Origin: a virus
Length of the DNA: 64,000 bases
Direction: 5' to 3' (one strand)
IMG/VR virus record: IMGVR_UViG_3300013131_000041
Span: 5,680-69,679 of that record
In this document: piece after piece, positions 17,604 to 29,500 of the stretch
Numbering within the stretch: position 1 is the stretch's first letter
Layout: every line of letters starts with the position of its first letter
Program-made: the position numbers and the translations under genes
Notes under the pieces: generated by a model
Seen by the model: the letters and a program-made list of their open reading frames with translations, nothing else
The model's database searches: none
Told to the model about the DNA's origin: nothing

Positions 17604-19643
17604 ATGGCAATTGATAGTAGAATAGGTAATAAAGTAATTAAAAATGCTCGCCGCGAAGAAGCGTCTGGTACTCGTGTTGATCCGTATCCGTATATTGGTA
17701 TTGTAAAGAATAATTTAGATCCCACACGCAGCGGACGACTACAAGTGTATATTCCCGACCTAGGCGGTCCTGAAGATGATCCTAAAAATTGGCGCACAGT
17801 AAGTTACGCTAGTCCATTCATGGGGTATACCCCACAGACCTTAAGCTCAACTGAACGCCCTAGTCTAGAAAATAAATTTGGCGCAGTTCATCATACGTAT
17901 GGTATGTGGTTCGTTCCGCCAGATGTGGGGGTACAGGTTATTGTACTTTTTATTGCTGGCGATCCGATGCGCGGCTACTGGGTGGCCTGTGTGAACCCGC
18001 ATCTAAGTCACTATATGGTACCCGGCATCGCAGGTACTAAAAATATAGATAAGACTAGTATCGCAGGTGGGGGCAAAGGGCTAAAAGATACAGACATATT
18101 ACCAGTAGTGGAGTTTAATGAATACACTAAAGACTTTACTAACAACGCCTTCTACAACAATAATAAACCAGTGCATACTTACCAATGGGATATCTATAAA
18201 TCACAAGGATTGGATAAAGATTACATTCGCGGCCCGCTATCTAGTAGTAGTCAACGTGAAAGTCCTAGTTTTGTATTTGGTATTAGCACTCCCGGTCGCC
18301 CAGTAGATGACCCTGCTGACGATAACAACTATCTAGCCAGCCTTAAATCAGGTAAATTAGATCCCAAGTATCAAAATGTAAAAGCACGCAAAGGTGGGCA
18401 TACATTTGTGCTAGATGATGGGGCTACCACAGGCGAAGATCAATTGATTAGACTTCGTACTGCTAAAGGACATCAGATTCTGATGCACGACACAAATGAA
18501 ACATTATATATTGCTCACGGTACTGGTAAGAGTTGGATTGAATTAGCCAAAGACGGCAGTATACTTGTATTTTCTAAAGGTGGCTTTGCCTTGCGCACTG
18601 AAGGTAGTGTTAACTTAAAAGCTGACGGCGACTTTAATCTGGATGTCGGTGGGCAAATTAAAATGCGTTCAGGGTCTGGAATTAGTTTAGAAACAACTAA
18701 AGTAGATGTGCTAGCCGATGGCAAACTGCGTATAACAGCAAAAGCAGGCACAGAAATAAAAACGGCTGCATATAAAATAGACGCAAGTGGAAAAATTAGT
18801 GTTAAGAGTGACGGTACAATAGCACTACAAGCATCTTCTATACTTCAAAATAGTGGCGGAGTTGATTCTCTTCGAGATGTAAAAAAATTACAAACTGCTC
18901 AGTTGCCTGACACATTACCAGTTGGAACAAGTTGGGTTACAAAACCAGGAGTTCAACAAACTATTGTTGGTATTGCTCCAACTCATGAACCATATGCTCG
19001 TGGCACCAAGGGGGTGTTCTATATCCCAGAAAGTCCAGGCATACAACCTAAACCATATAGTGGCGATGTTGACGCTACTAAAAATACCGCCACTACAGGG
19101 GTATCAAATGGGGCTACAGTTAAAGATATTCGCAATCAGCCCGCCGCCAAAGAGGCAGTAGGTACGCTATCACTTGATCAAACCACTGCACTATCTTCAC
19201 AACTTGGTAAAGGGAAAGATTATTCTACTACTGGCGAAGATGGCACACTTGGAAAATATCAATTTGACTATAAGTCCCTGCAAGATGCCGGGTATCTTAA
19301 GAGTACTGTTACTAGTAACGCCGACCTGCAGAATCCTAATAGTTGGCTAGGCACCAATGGCATATCAGATGTTTCAAGTTTCTTAGCAAACGGTGCTGAA
19401 CAAGAAAATGTTTTAAATCTAGTATCTAAATCAAATTACACAGCCTTAGTGGCCAGTGGAGCAATCACCAGTGAGCAAACCCCCGAGGATGTTGCAGGTA
19501 TGATGGCAGTTGCGCAGAAATTAGGTACAGATGCAGCATTAAAATTCCGCCAAGGCAGTGGGCCCGGCGCAGAAATATTCAACCAAGGTAAGTATGCTGT
19601 GAGTGTATTGGCACCACAACTACCCGCCATTAATGCTGGATAA
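17604..19643 (+). CDS. gp5: Baseplate central spike, gp5/VgrG-like, with C-terminal lysozyme-like domain
   Basis: OB-fold motifs GIVKNNLDPTRSGRLQVYIP and GMWFVPPDVG.QV.V.F..GD, beta-helix repeats (RLRTAKGHQILMHD), APTHEPY, and C-terminal LGKYQF. Confidence 0.8.
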   Translation: MAIDSRIGNKVIKNARREEASGTRVDPYPYIGIVKNNLDPTRSGRLQVYIPDLGGPEDDPKNWRTVSYASPFMGYTPQTLSSTERPSLENKFGAVHHTYGMWFVPPDVGVQVIVLFIAGDPMRGYWVACVNPHLSHYMVPGIAGTKNIDKTSIAGGGKGLKDTDILPVVEFNEYTKDFTNNAFYNNNKPVHTYQWDIYKSQGLDKDYIRGPLSSSSQRESPSFVFGISTPGRPVDDPADDNNYLASLKSGKLDPKYQNVKARKGGHTFVLDDGATTGEDQLIRLRTAKGHQILMHDTNETLYIAHGTGKSWIELAKDGSILVFSKGGFALRTEGSVNLKADGDFNLDVGGQIKMRSGSGISLETTKVDVLADGKLRITAKAGTEIKTAAYKIDASGKISVKSDGTIALQASSILQNSGGVDSLRDVKKLQTAQLPDTLPVGTSWVTKPGVQQTIVGIAPTHEPYARGTKGVFYIPESPGIQPKPYSGDVDATKNTATTGVSNGATVKDIRNQPAAKEAVGTLSLDQTTALSSQLGKGKDYSTTGEDGTLGKYQFDYKSLQDAGYLKSTVTSNADLQNPNSWLGTNGISDVSSFLANGAEQENVLNLVSKSNYTALVASGAITSEQTPEDVAGMMAVAQKLGTDAALKFRQGSGPGAEIFNQGKYAVSVLAPQLPAINAG

Positions 19644-19651
19644 ATATTATT

Positions 19652-20026
19652 ATGGCTACATATAAAGGTTTTAGTACATTAGGTTCATCGAGTAACTTTC
19701 GTCTTACTGACTTTGATTTGATTAAGCAGGATATTTTAAATCACTTCAATATTCGCAAAGGCGAGAAACTCATGCGTCCTAACTTTGGTACTATTATCTG
19801 GAACGTCTTATACGAACCTTTCACTGAAGACTTAAAAAGTGTCATCACGCAAGACATCCAGGCTATTGCGGCCTATGATCCTCGCGTGAGTTTTGACAAC
19901 ATCATTATTACAGAATACGACCAAGGTATCCTAATAGAGCTACAGTTGCGCTATGTTTTAACTAATCAGACCAACACTATGCTCTTGCGCTTTAACGGCG
20001 AAAATCAAACTCTAACTACACAGTAA
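19652..20026 (+). CDS. gp25: Baseplate wedge subunit gp25-like
   Basis: IKQDILNHFNIRKGEKLMRPNFGT.I...LYEP and YDPRV are GPW/gp25 family motifs. Confidence 0.9.
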   Translation: MATYKGFSTLGSSSNFRLTDFDLIKQDILNHFNIRKGEKLMRPNFGTIIWNVLYEPFTEDLKSVITQDIQAIAAYDPRVSFDNIIITEYDQGILIELQLRYVLTNQTNTMLLRFNGENQTLTTQ

Positions 20027-20079
20027 TATAAACTACGCTGTTTATTTCTAAGATAAATACATTATATTAGGAATAACGT

Positions 20080-23000
20080 ATGGCAATTACAACGAGACAG
20101 ACTAGTTTATTAGTCGCAGAAGACTGGACAAAACTATATCAAAGTTTCCGCAACGCAGATTTCCAAAGCTATGACTTTGAAACTCTACGTGCTTCGATGA
20201 TCAGTTATCTTCAACTATATTATCCTGAAGATTTTAACGATTATATTGAATCTAGTGAGTTTATCGCACTAATTGATATGATTGCTTTCTTGGGCCAATC
20301 AATTGCGTTCCGCGGCGACTTAAACGCACGTGAAAACTTTATTGATACAGCACAACGCCGTGACAGTATTTTAAAACTGGCACGATTAATTTCATACAAC
20401 CCTAAACGTAATATTGCAAGTCGAGGCTACCTAAAATTTAATAGCGTGTCAACAACTGAAAGTGTGTTCGACAGCAACGGCATTAATCTTGCAGGACTAG
20501 TAGTTAATTGGGCAGATTCTGCTAACAATAATTGGTTAGAACAGTTTACTGTTATTCTGAATGCTGCTTTACAATCAAATCAAGTAATTGGTAAACCGGC
20601 AAACAGTCAGATTATTGCAGGTGTTACCACAGAAGAATATCAAATTAACTATGTTCTTAACACGTTAGCAACATACCCTATTAAAGCCACAGTGGCGGGC
20701 ACTAGTATGAACTTTGAGGTGGTCAGTGCTACTAGTTCAGGCGAAAGTTTTGTTTATGAAGTTGCACCAAATCTGAATGTGCCATTTAACTTCTTGTATA
20801 AAAATGACGGCCTAGGTAATAACAGTAACAACACTGGTTATTTTATGTACTTTGTACAAGGTACACTGCAAAGCGTAGACTTTAATTTCCAAGAAAGTGT
20901 ACCCAATAGAGTTTACAGCGTTAACGCCAATAATATCAACAACAATGATATATGGTTGTATAGTGTTGACAATAACGGTAATCTAGGCAACGAGTGGGTG
21001 CAAGTACCAGCAGTAGCTAACACAAACGTAGTTTACAATAATAGTACAGAGCGTAATATTTTCCAAGTAAATTCACGTGCAGGAGATCAAATTGATCTAG
21101 TGTTTGGTGATGGTGCATTTGCTAACATTCCAGTTGGTCGTTATAGACTTTACTACAGAACATCAAATGGTCTTCAATATAAAATCACCCCTGATGAAAT
21201 GCAGAATGTCATCATTCCTATTAACTATATTAGTCAAACAGGCCGTGTCGAAGTACTAAACATCAGTGCTAGTCTACAATACACAGTTGCTAATTCTAGT
21301 ACACGTGAAAGTCTTGATGATATTAAACAAAAAGCACCACAGCAATTCTACACACAGAATCGTATGGTCACAGGTGAAGATTACAATATCTTGCCTTATA
21401 CACTATTCAGCAACATCATTAAAGCCAAAGCAGTTAACCGTACTAGTTCTGGTGTTAGTCGTTACTTAGACGTTATTGACGTAACAGGTAAGTATTCATC
21501 AACTAACATCTTTGCACAAGATGGTATTTTATTCCGCGACAGTTTTACGGATACATTTAGTTTTGACTACAACACATCAAATGATATCTATCGTGTAATT
21601 TATGATCGTATTCAACCTATAGCACTAGCGACAGAAACTCAACAGATGTTCTACGCAGATTATCCTCTGATTGTTTTAACTAACGTCTACTGGCACACCT
21701 CAACTGTTATTGCTAACGGTTGCACAGGATATTTTGTAGACGTAGATGGTAAGATTTTACAGATAGGCGATGTAGTTGCTAACACCAACAAATACATCCA
21801 ACAAGGTGCGATTGTTCGATTCTCAGCAGGCCCAGGAAACTACTTTGATGCAAATAACTATGTTAAAGCGGGCACACCGAGTAAACCCGGTGACACATAC
21901 TATGTTTATGCGGCAGTTGAATTAGTAGTAGGGGACGGCACAAATGGCGGCCAAGGCAATTTAGCCAGCGGCGCAGGTCCTGTGACACTAAATCAAATTA
22001 TTCCTTTAGCCGCAGACGGCACACAACAATCGGTAATTGGCGATAAAGTTTTTGCAGTATTTAATAATAGTTTTGCTACTTCACTAGTAACCTCTATGGT
22101 GGGATACATTCAAGCGTATGCTAACTTTGGTCTGCGCTACGACACAGCATCAGGCAGTTGGAAAATTATCCTTCCTGCTGATTTAGATACAACCAGTGAC
22201 TTTAACTTAACGTGGACAGGTGACACTAGCGGACAGGCAAAAGATGCAAGTTGGCTAATAGCATTTAACACAGTAGGAAAAACTTATACGGTCAGCTATC
22301 GTGGTCTACGTTATGTATTTGAAAGCGTACTAGAAACAAATTTCTATTACGACGGTACTACTAAAATTTATGACGCCAAGACAGGTATGACAGTTCATGA
22401 CCAAATTAAAGTATTGAAGATAAATTCTAATCCGGACGATAGTTATCCGTTGGCGTTAGACTACACTTGGTACATTAACAAGAACATTGTTGAAGTTGAC
22501 GGTTACGTAAACATTAACAAAATGTTAGTAACATTTAGTGATAGTGATAACGATGGCATTCCGGATAATCCGGAATTGTTTGATTTGATTGTAAATCCGG
22601 GGATTAATACAGAAAACAAGTATGTATACTTCCAAGACACTGTAGGATATGACAACTTTGTAGTAAAAACCCCTGTAGATAATGCCACAGTGGTATCTAC
22701 TTACAGCACCTTGCGTGCTATTGAGCAGGCCAAGACTTTGTATCAAGATAACCAACTGTTTTATATTCCTAACATTGATACTTTCTATCAACTAAGTGTT
22801 AGTGGCGCAGTGTATACCATTTCAGAGGTTACTGGATATTCTTCTAAATTAGGCCGTCAGGATTTGTATTTCCAATATCGTCATAACAGTCCAAACAATA
22901 GAAGAATCGATCCAAGCCCAAATAACATCATTGACTTGTATGTGCTAACACAACAATATCAAATTGATTATCAAGCATGGATACAAGATACTACCGGACA

Positions 23001-23496
23001 ACTTACAGAACCTTCTGCGCCAACCAGCGAAGAACTACAAACAGATTATAGTTCACTAGATAACTACAAGGCTATCAGTGATAGTATCATTTACAATTCT
23101 GCTAAGTTTAAACCTTTGTTTGGAGTTAAAGCAGACCCTACACTACAAGCAACATTTAAAGTAGTTAAGAATCCTAATGTGGTTATTAGTGATAACGAAG
23201 TTAAAACCAGCTTAATTGCTGCTATCAATCAATACTTTGATGTAGCAAACTGGGACTTCGGTGAAACATTTTATTTCAGTGAACTAGCAAGTTATTTACA
23301 TGTTCAATTAACACCAAATGTATCAAGTATTACTATTGTTCCTGCTAACCAAGCAGAAGCATTTGGTAGCTTGTTACAGGTAAATGCAAACATCAATGAA
23401 ATTATTACAAGTGCGGCCACAGTGGACAACGTACAGATTATTTCAGCAATTACAGCAGCACAACTAAACCAAACCGGTACAGTTATAGTAGCTTAA
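20080..23496 (+). CDS. gp6: Baseplate wedge subunit gp6-like
   Basis: DFETLR, ENFIDTAQRRDSILKLARLISYNPKR, FGDG and ESLDDIKQKAP..FYTQNRMVTGEDY. Follows gp25. ATAAATA at 20053-20059. Confidence 0.85.
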   Translation: MAITTRQTSLLVAEDWTKLYQSFRNADFQSYDFETLRASMISYLQLYYPEDFNDYIESSEFIALIDMIAFLGQSIAFRGDLNARENFIDTAQRRDSILKLARLISYNPKRNIASRGYLKFNSVSTTESVFDSNGINLAGLVVNWADSANNNWLEQFTVILNAALQSNQVIGKPANSQIIAGVTTEEYQINYVLNTLATYPIKATVAGTSMNFEVVSATSSGESFVYEVAPNLNVPFNFLYKNDGLGNNSNNTGYFMYFVQGTLQSVDFNFQESVPNRVYSVNANNINNNDIWLYSVDNNGNLGNEWVQVPAVANTNVVYNNSTERNIFQVNSRAGDQIDLVFGDGAFANIPVGRYRLYYRTSNGLQYKITPDEMQNVIIPINYISQTGRVEVLNISASLQYTVANSSTRESLDDIKQKAPQQFYTQNRMVTGEDYNILPYTLFSNIIKAKAVNRTSSGVSRYLDVIDVTGKYSSTNIFAQDGILFRDSFTDTFSFDYNTSNDIYRVIYDRIQPIALATETQQMFYADYPLIVLTNVYWHTSTVIANGCTGYFVDVDGKILQIGDVVANTNKYIQQGAIVRFSAGPGNYFDANNYVKAGTPSKPGDTYYVYAAVELVVGDGTNGGQGNLASGAGPVTLNQIIPLAADGTQQSVIGDKVFAVFNNSFATSLVTSMVGYIQAYANFGLRYDTASGSWKIILPADLDTTSDFNLTWTGDTSGQAKDASWLIAFNTVGKTYTVSYRGLRYVFESVLETNFYYDGTTKIYDAKTGMTVHDQIKVLKINSNPDDSYPLALDYTWYINKNIVEVDGYVNINKMLVTFSDSDNDGIPDNPELFDLIVNPGINTENKYVYFQDTVGYDNFVVKTPVDNATVVSTYSTLRAIEQAKTLYQDNQLFYIPNIDTFYQLSVSGAVYTISEVTGYSSKLGRQDLYFQYRHNSPNNRRIDPSPNNIIDLYVLTQQYQIDYQAWIQDTTGQLTEPSAPTSEELQTDYSSLDNYKAISDSIIYNSAKFKPLFGVKADPTLQATFKVVKNPNVVISDNEVKTSLIAAINQYFDVANWDFGETFYFSELASYLHVQLTPNVSSITIVPANQAEAFGSLLQVNANINEIITSAATVDNVQIISAITAAQLNQTGTVIVA

Positions 23497-23516
23497 CATA
23501 GAAAGACGGAACGAGA

Positions 23517-26500
23517 ATGGCGACAAGAAAAACCTACAAATTTTTACCCTCAGTATTCCAAAGCGATGCTAATAAGAAATTCTTATCAGCCACGGTTGAT
23601 CAGTTAGTAACTGACCCCAACTTAGATACGCTTTATGGGTATGTGGGGCGTAAATTTGCTCCAACATATAAATCTAGTGATAGTTACGTAACTGAAACAG
23701 ATCCTCTGAGACAAAATTATCAGTTAGAGCCGGGCGTGGTCATTCGTGATGAAAATAATAACATCACTTTTGTTGCTGACTATCCTGATCTTCTTGACAA
23801 AATTTCATACTATGGTGGTTTAACCAATAATCATAGTCGACTATTTGAACAAGAGTACTACACGTTTGATCCTAAGATCAGTTACGACAAACTGGTTAAC
23901 TTCTCGCAATACTACTGGCTACCTAACGGTCCTGATGCTGTAGAGGTTAACTCAAGCGGTGTAGATATCACAGCGACCTACACAGTAACTCGTGATGGCG
24001 CTAATGGTCGATATATCTTTAAGAACAATGGAGTTGTTGATAACAGTATTATTTTTGCACACGGTGGTGTATATCAATTTGTAGTTGATCAGCCGGGCTA
24101 TCCTTTTTGGATCCAAACTGAATTAGGGGTTGATGGCGTAGTTAGTGCCACACCTACACTAAGCTCGCGCGACATCTACGGAGTAGATAATAACGGTACT
24201 GACCAAGGTACTATTACATTCCGTGTACCACAAACTTATGCGCAAGATCGTTGGGTAAATATGCCTACAGTATTCAGCGCAGACTATGCAACTCCTATTC
24301 CTTACTACAAACTAGCTAATAGAACACTAAGTCAATTCTTAGCAGAATATCCGCAATACGCAGGTATTACTGGACAACTAAACGGCAAGTATACAATTTT
24401 TACTGAGGTTAGCACATGGACTAGCGTGGGCGAAGATGCTTGGACTAACCCAGCAGTTATTGATAGTGATGGTGATGTGGTTCCTGGATATTCGGCTGGG
24501 GATGTGATTGCAGAGGCTGAACGCTATGATGTGTGGCGAGTGGTATATGTTGATATTGGTCAAAAATTAAAATTAGATGCACCGGTTGCGGCTAACATCA
24601 CAGCAGGCACAAGTTTAACAGTTGGTACTCAACTAACATCATTATTGTATGATGCAGTTGTTGGTCAAGAGTATGTGTATGTTCCAAATACATTTACAGC
24701 AAGTGTAGCTGAGGTTGTTAAGCGTACCGATGTAGTTACTGCTTTATCAGCAACAACATCAGGTACCAATGAAATCACAGTTACATCAACAGCTGGCTTA
24801 GTGCCAGATATGCCTATAGTATTCATTGGTGCGCCAACAGTGGGGGGCATAGTATCAGGTACAACATATTATGTAAAAGATGTTGTTAATCTGACAACTC
24901 TTACTATTAGCGAAACAGTAGGCGGCAGTGAATATGCCTTAACAAATGACACCGGGATCATGGATGTAACAGCATCCTATACAGATATCCCTGCTGGCGC
25001 AGCTATTACTGCTATAGCCAAAGGCGATCCATTATTAAAATTAGTTCATGAACAAACAGTGGCAGTTGACGAAAAAGTCTACATCAGATTCGGAGTCCAA
25101 AACACTAACAAAGAATACTACAAAGACTATGATGGTTTCTTTTACGAGACACCTGTCATCACAGCACAAAGTGATCAGTTGTGGATACAAGATGGTGTTT
25201 CTGCGAGAATTTATTCACCTATCAAGATTATTGATTATGCTGGGTGGAATATCGATGTAGAAAATGATATTATTGGTCAGCTCAACTATACAAGTCCAAA
25301 TAGTGTTGAATTTACGTCAGGCCTTAAAGTACAATTTGGTGATGACGTAATACCTGCAAGTTATCAGAATCGCCAGTTCTATGTAGAACAAGTTGGTGAC
25401 ACTACTGATGGCATCCAATTAGTGCCAGTTGATGAATTAGTTACTCCTGAATCCTACAATGATGAAATAACTACAAATTATCCAGGCGAATTCTTCCCAG
25501 ATTATATCACAGTGAATCGTGCTAATAAGGCACGGAATGCCTGGGCCCGTAATAATCGTTGGTTCCACATAGATGTTATTACTGCCACTGCCGCATATAA
25601 CAGTACAGTACCTACATTTGATAACGGTATTCGTGGACAACGTCCTATCGTGCAGTTTGAAGCAAACTATCAACTATATAACGATGGTCGTGTTGCCAAA
25701 GCACCAATTGACATTTTAGACACTAGCATCACTAGCGCATTTACGCAACTACAAGGTCAAACATACACTAGTATATTTGGCATTGAAATTATTAACAGCA
25801 ACGGTGACATAGTATATCCTAATGGCCTGCGAGTAGTTTTTGCCGCAGATGAAGATCCTTTAGTTAAAAACAAAATTTATGTACTAACAGTAGTACAATA
25901 CGACGTTGATGATTACGGCAATCCTACAGGCACAAAATATATCGAGTTAACCAAAGCAGATGACGGGGATATTATTGCCTACAATACCACAGTGGTTAAA
26001 CTAGGTTCATACAAAGGCAGCCAATGGTGGTTTGATGGTATAAATTGGAATTCAAGCCAGCAGAAAACATACCTGCAACAACCTCCACTGTTTGATGTAT
26101 TAGATGCTACAGGTAAGAGCCTAAGCGCATACACCCGCAGCACATTTACAGGTACACAACTTTTTGGATATGTTCGTGCTACAACAGGGACCACTGATTC
26201 AGTGCTGAGCAGAGGACCAGTCGCTCCGGTGTATGACAGTGACAATAATGCTATTACAAATTTCTATTTGAGTTACAAAAACTTTACAACGCAGGGCGAC
26301 ATTAAATTTGAAAATTTCTTTAATACAGATACTTTCAGTTATGTAGATTCTAGCAGTAGCATTGTTACTAAAAATATTAATTTAGGCTATTTACAAAAAG
26401 TGGTAGATAGCCAAACTCTTATACCTAAGAATACTTGGCTAACTGTGCCAGAACACAGTAAACAATATCAACTATTCAGTTTTGTTTATGCAACTGGTAA

Positions 26501-29500
26501 CAACCCATTTACTATTGATATTACTCCAACAGGTAACGAAAGAACTATCCCGTATGTAAAAGTTTTTCAAAACTTTGCATATTTAAATCCAGCAACTGAT
26601 TGGACTATTAGCGACAAAACAATCACTATTTTAACACCGTTAACGGTTGACGACCAAATTGATATTTTAGTTTATAGCTCTGAGATTAGTGCTAGTGCAT
26701 TTTATCAAGTTCCACAAAACTTAGATTTAAACGCACAAAATATCGACATCGATATGTTGACTTTGGGTCAACTACGCAACCACTTAGTGGTAATTGCTGA
26801 AAACAGTACTATTTTAGAAGGCGAAGTTTTAGCACAAAGTAATCTACGCGACATTGATGTTAAACAACAAGGCGGCACTATTCTTAAACATAGTGCTCCG
26901 ATTCCGTATGCGAGTTTATTCTTGATTGATAAACAAGCAAACATCATTAGCAGTATTAGATTTGCTCAACAAGAGTACAGTAAATTTAAAAACAAATTCT
27001 TAGAACTAGCAGTAAGTTTAGTTGGGGTTGATCCTACAGATCCTGTAGCTAGTGTTGATTTGATTTTAAATAAAATTAATCTAGTTAAAAACAAAAACTT
27101 CCCTTGGTACTATTCAGATATGGTACCATACGGCCCACTTAAAAATATCGTAGGACAAATTGGCGCAATTGACGGGTTTGAAGTATTTGATCCGTTAAAA
27201 TTAAACTACGAAATTACAAATATTTTCAACGATCAACAATTAAGCAATCGAGCAATTTTAGTATACCTAAATAATCAACAATTAGTTAAAGGTGTTGATT
27301 ATTCATTTAGAACAGATACCCCTAGTATTGATTTTACTATTACTCTGACTGTGGGTGATATTATTAAGATTGTTGAATACAGTAATACTGACGGCAACTA
27401 TATTCCTGAAACACCAAGTAAGTTAGGGCTATGGCCTAGTTTCGTTCCTGAGATATTTGTAGATGACACTTATAGAACAGCTACAACTGTTCTACGCGGA
27501 CATGATGGTAGCATTACGCCAACATTTGGTGATTACCGCGACGAGTTCCTATTAGAATTAGAGAAACGTATCTACAACAATATTAAATTACCAGCTAATA
27601 CATCATTTGGTGATATTTTTAGTGTTGTTCCGGGCAAATTCCGTGCAGGCGATTACACTATAAATGAAATCAATCAAATCTTAGGTGATCCATTCATGTC
27701 ATGGATTGGTAATAACAATCTAGACTATACATTAAATGATACATTTGATAGCAACGACCCGTTTACTTGGAACTATAGTAAGAGCTATGACCGTATTGAC
27801 GGCGAAACACTACCAGGTAGCTGGCGTGCATGTTATCAATACTTTTATGATACATATCGCCCACACTTAACTCCGTGGGAAATGTTAGGATTTACCAGTG
27901 AGCCAAGTTGGTGGGAAGGCTACTACGGTGCCGCACCTTATACTGGTGCAAACAAATTTATGTGGGACGATCTAGAAGCGGGTTATATTCGTGCAGGTGA
28001 TCGCCGAGGAGTTGATTTAAACTATGCTCGACCTGGACTGTCAACTATTATTCCTATTGATGAAAACGGTAATTTAATTAGTGTAGCATCTTTATTGTGT
28101 CGAACATTTAACAGTAGAAATTCTGGAAGCGCATGGGCAGTAGGCCAACAGGGTCCTGTAGAATTTGCCTGGCGCATAAGTAGCGAATTCCCGTTCGCTG
28201 TTCAACAAGCATTAGCATTAACTAAACCTGCTAAGTATTTTGGCACCTTAATTGATGTCTACAACTACACCCCATTGAATTCATTGTATTCACAATCTAC
28301 AGATGCTGAAGGTGTTGTATCAGCTAATGAACAGTATTTAATGGCCGACACTAACAAACAAATCACACAAGGAGTGATCGACTATAACGGTAACATAACT
28401 TCCGGAATAATAAATCGCACCGCAGGTTACCTAAACTGGATTGTTGATTACCTGATTAACCAAGGTGTAAATCCGAATACATATCTATTACCGATGTTAA
28501 GAAATTATCAAGTAAACCTAACTTACAAAGTGGGCGGGTATACTGATCAAAAATTCTTACAGGTACTTGCTGAACAAGTTAGCCCAACAAGCACCAACGA
28601 CAGCATTTTAGTACCAAATGAAAATTATAATGTTTATTTAAATGAAAAGCCGGTGCCAGTAGACGATATATCTTACAGTGCAGTTATCATTGAGAAAACA
28701 ACCAATGGCTATAGCGTTCGTGGATATGATTTAACTAAGAGTTATTTTACAATTATTCCAAGTATTGTAAACAACAATGCTTCAAGAATTACTGTATTAA
28801 ATCGTTCAGCAACAATCTACAAAGATTATCAAAACTTGCTGATGAACGTTCCTTATGGTTACGAGTTTACTAGCACACAACAAATCGCAGATTTCTTGAT
28901 TAGCTACGAACGTTACCTAATGGCACAAGGATGGACATTTACAGAAACAGAGCCACAACTAGAACAACTTAAAGATTGGAAACTAAGTGTTCGTGAATTC
29001 TTATACTGGGCGCAACAGGGGTGGACAGCAGGCAGTATCTTAGTAGTAAGCCCTGTGTCATCGACCATAAATGCTGTCACATCGGGTGCGGTAACTGCTG
29101 GGATCGAAGATGCGCAGTATAGTAGCAAAGTTGTTGATCAAAACTTTAACCTAGTTAAAAATAATAACTACTCTGTCTATAGAACTCCTACAGAATTTAG
29201 ACTAAACCTACAAGATCCTGCTAGTGTTATTGGATATGTAGAAGTTGATCTGGTGAGATATGAACACACACTAGTGTTTGATAATACCACAGTGTTTAAC
29301 GACGTTATCTACCAACCGGAAAGCGGTAACCGCCAATTCCGTTTAAAACTAATTGGCCAACGTACTGCTAACTGGGACGGTAGTCTAAGTCCAGAAGGGT
29401 ATGTATATAACAGTGGTGTGGTTGATGTTTGGAATCAAGGACAAGATTACCTTAAAGGTGACTTAGTAACTTATAAAGGACAATATTATACTGCCCTAAT

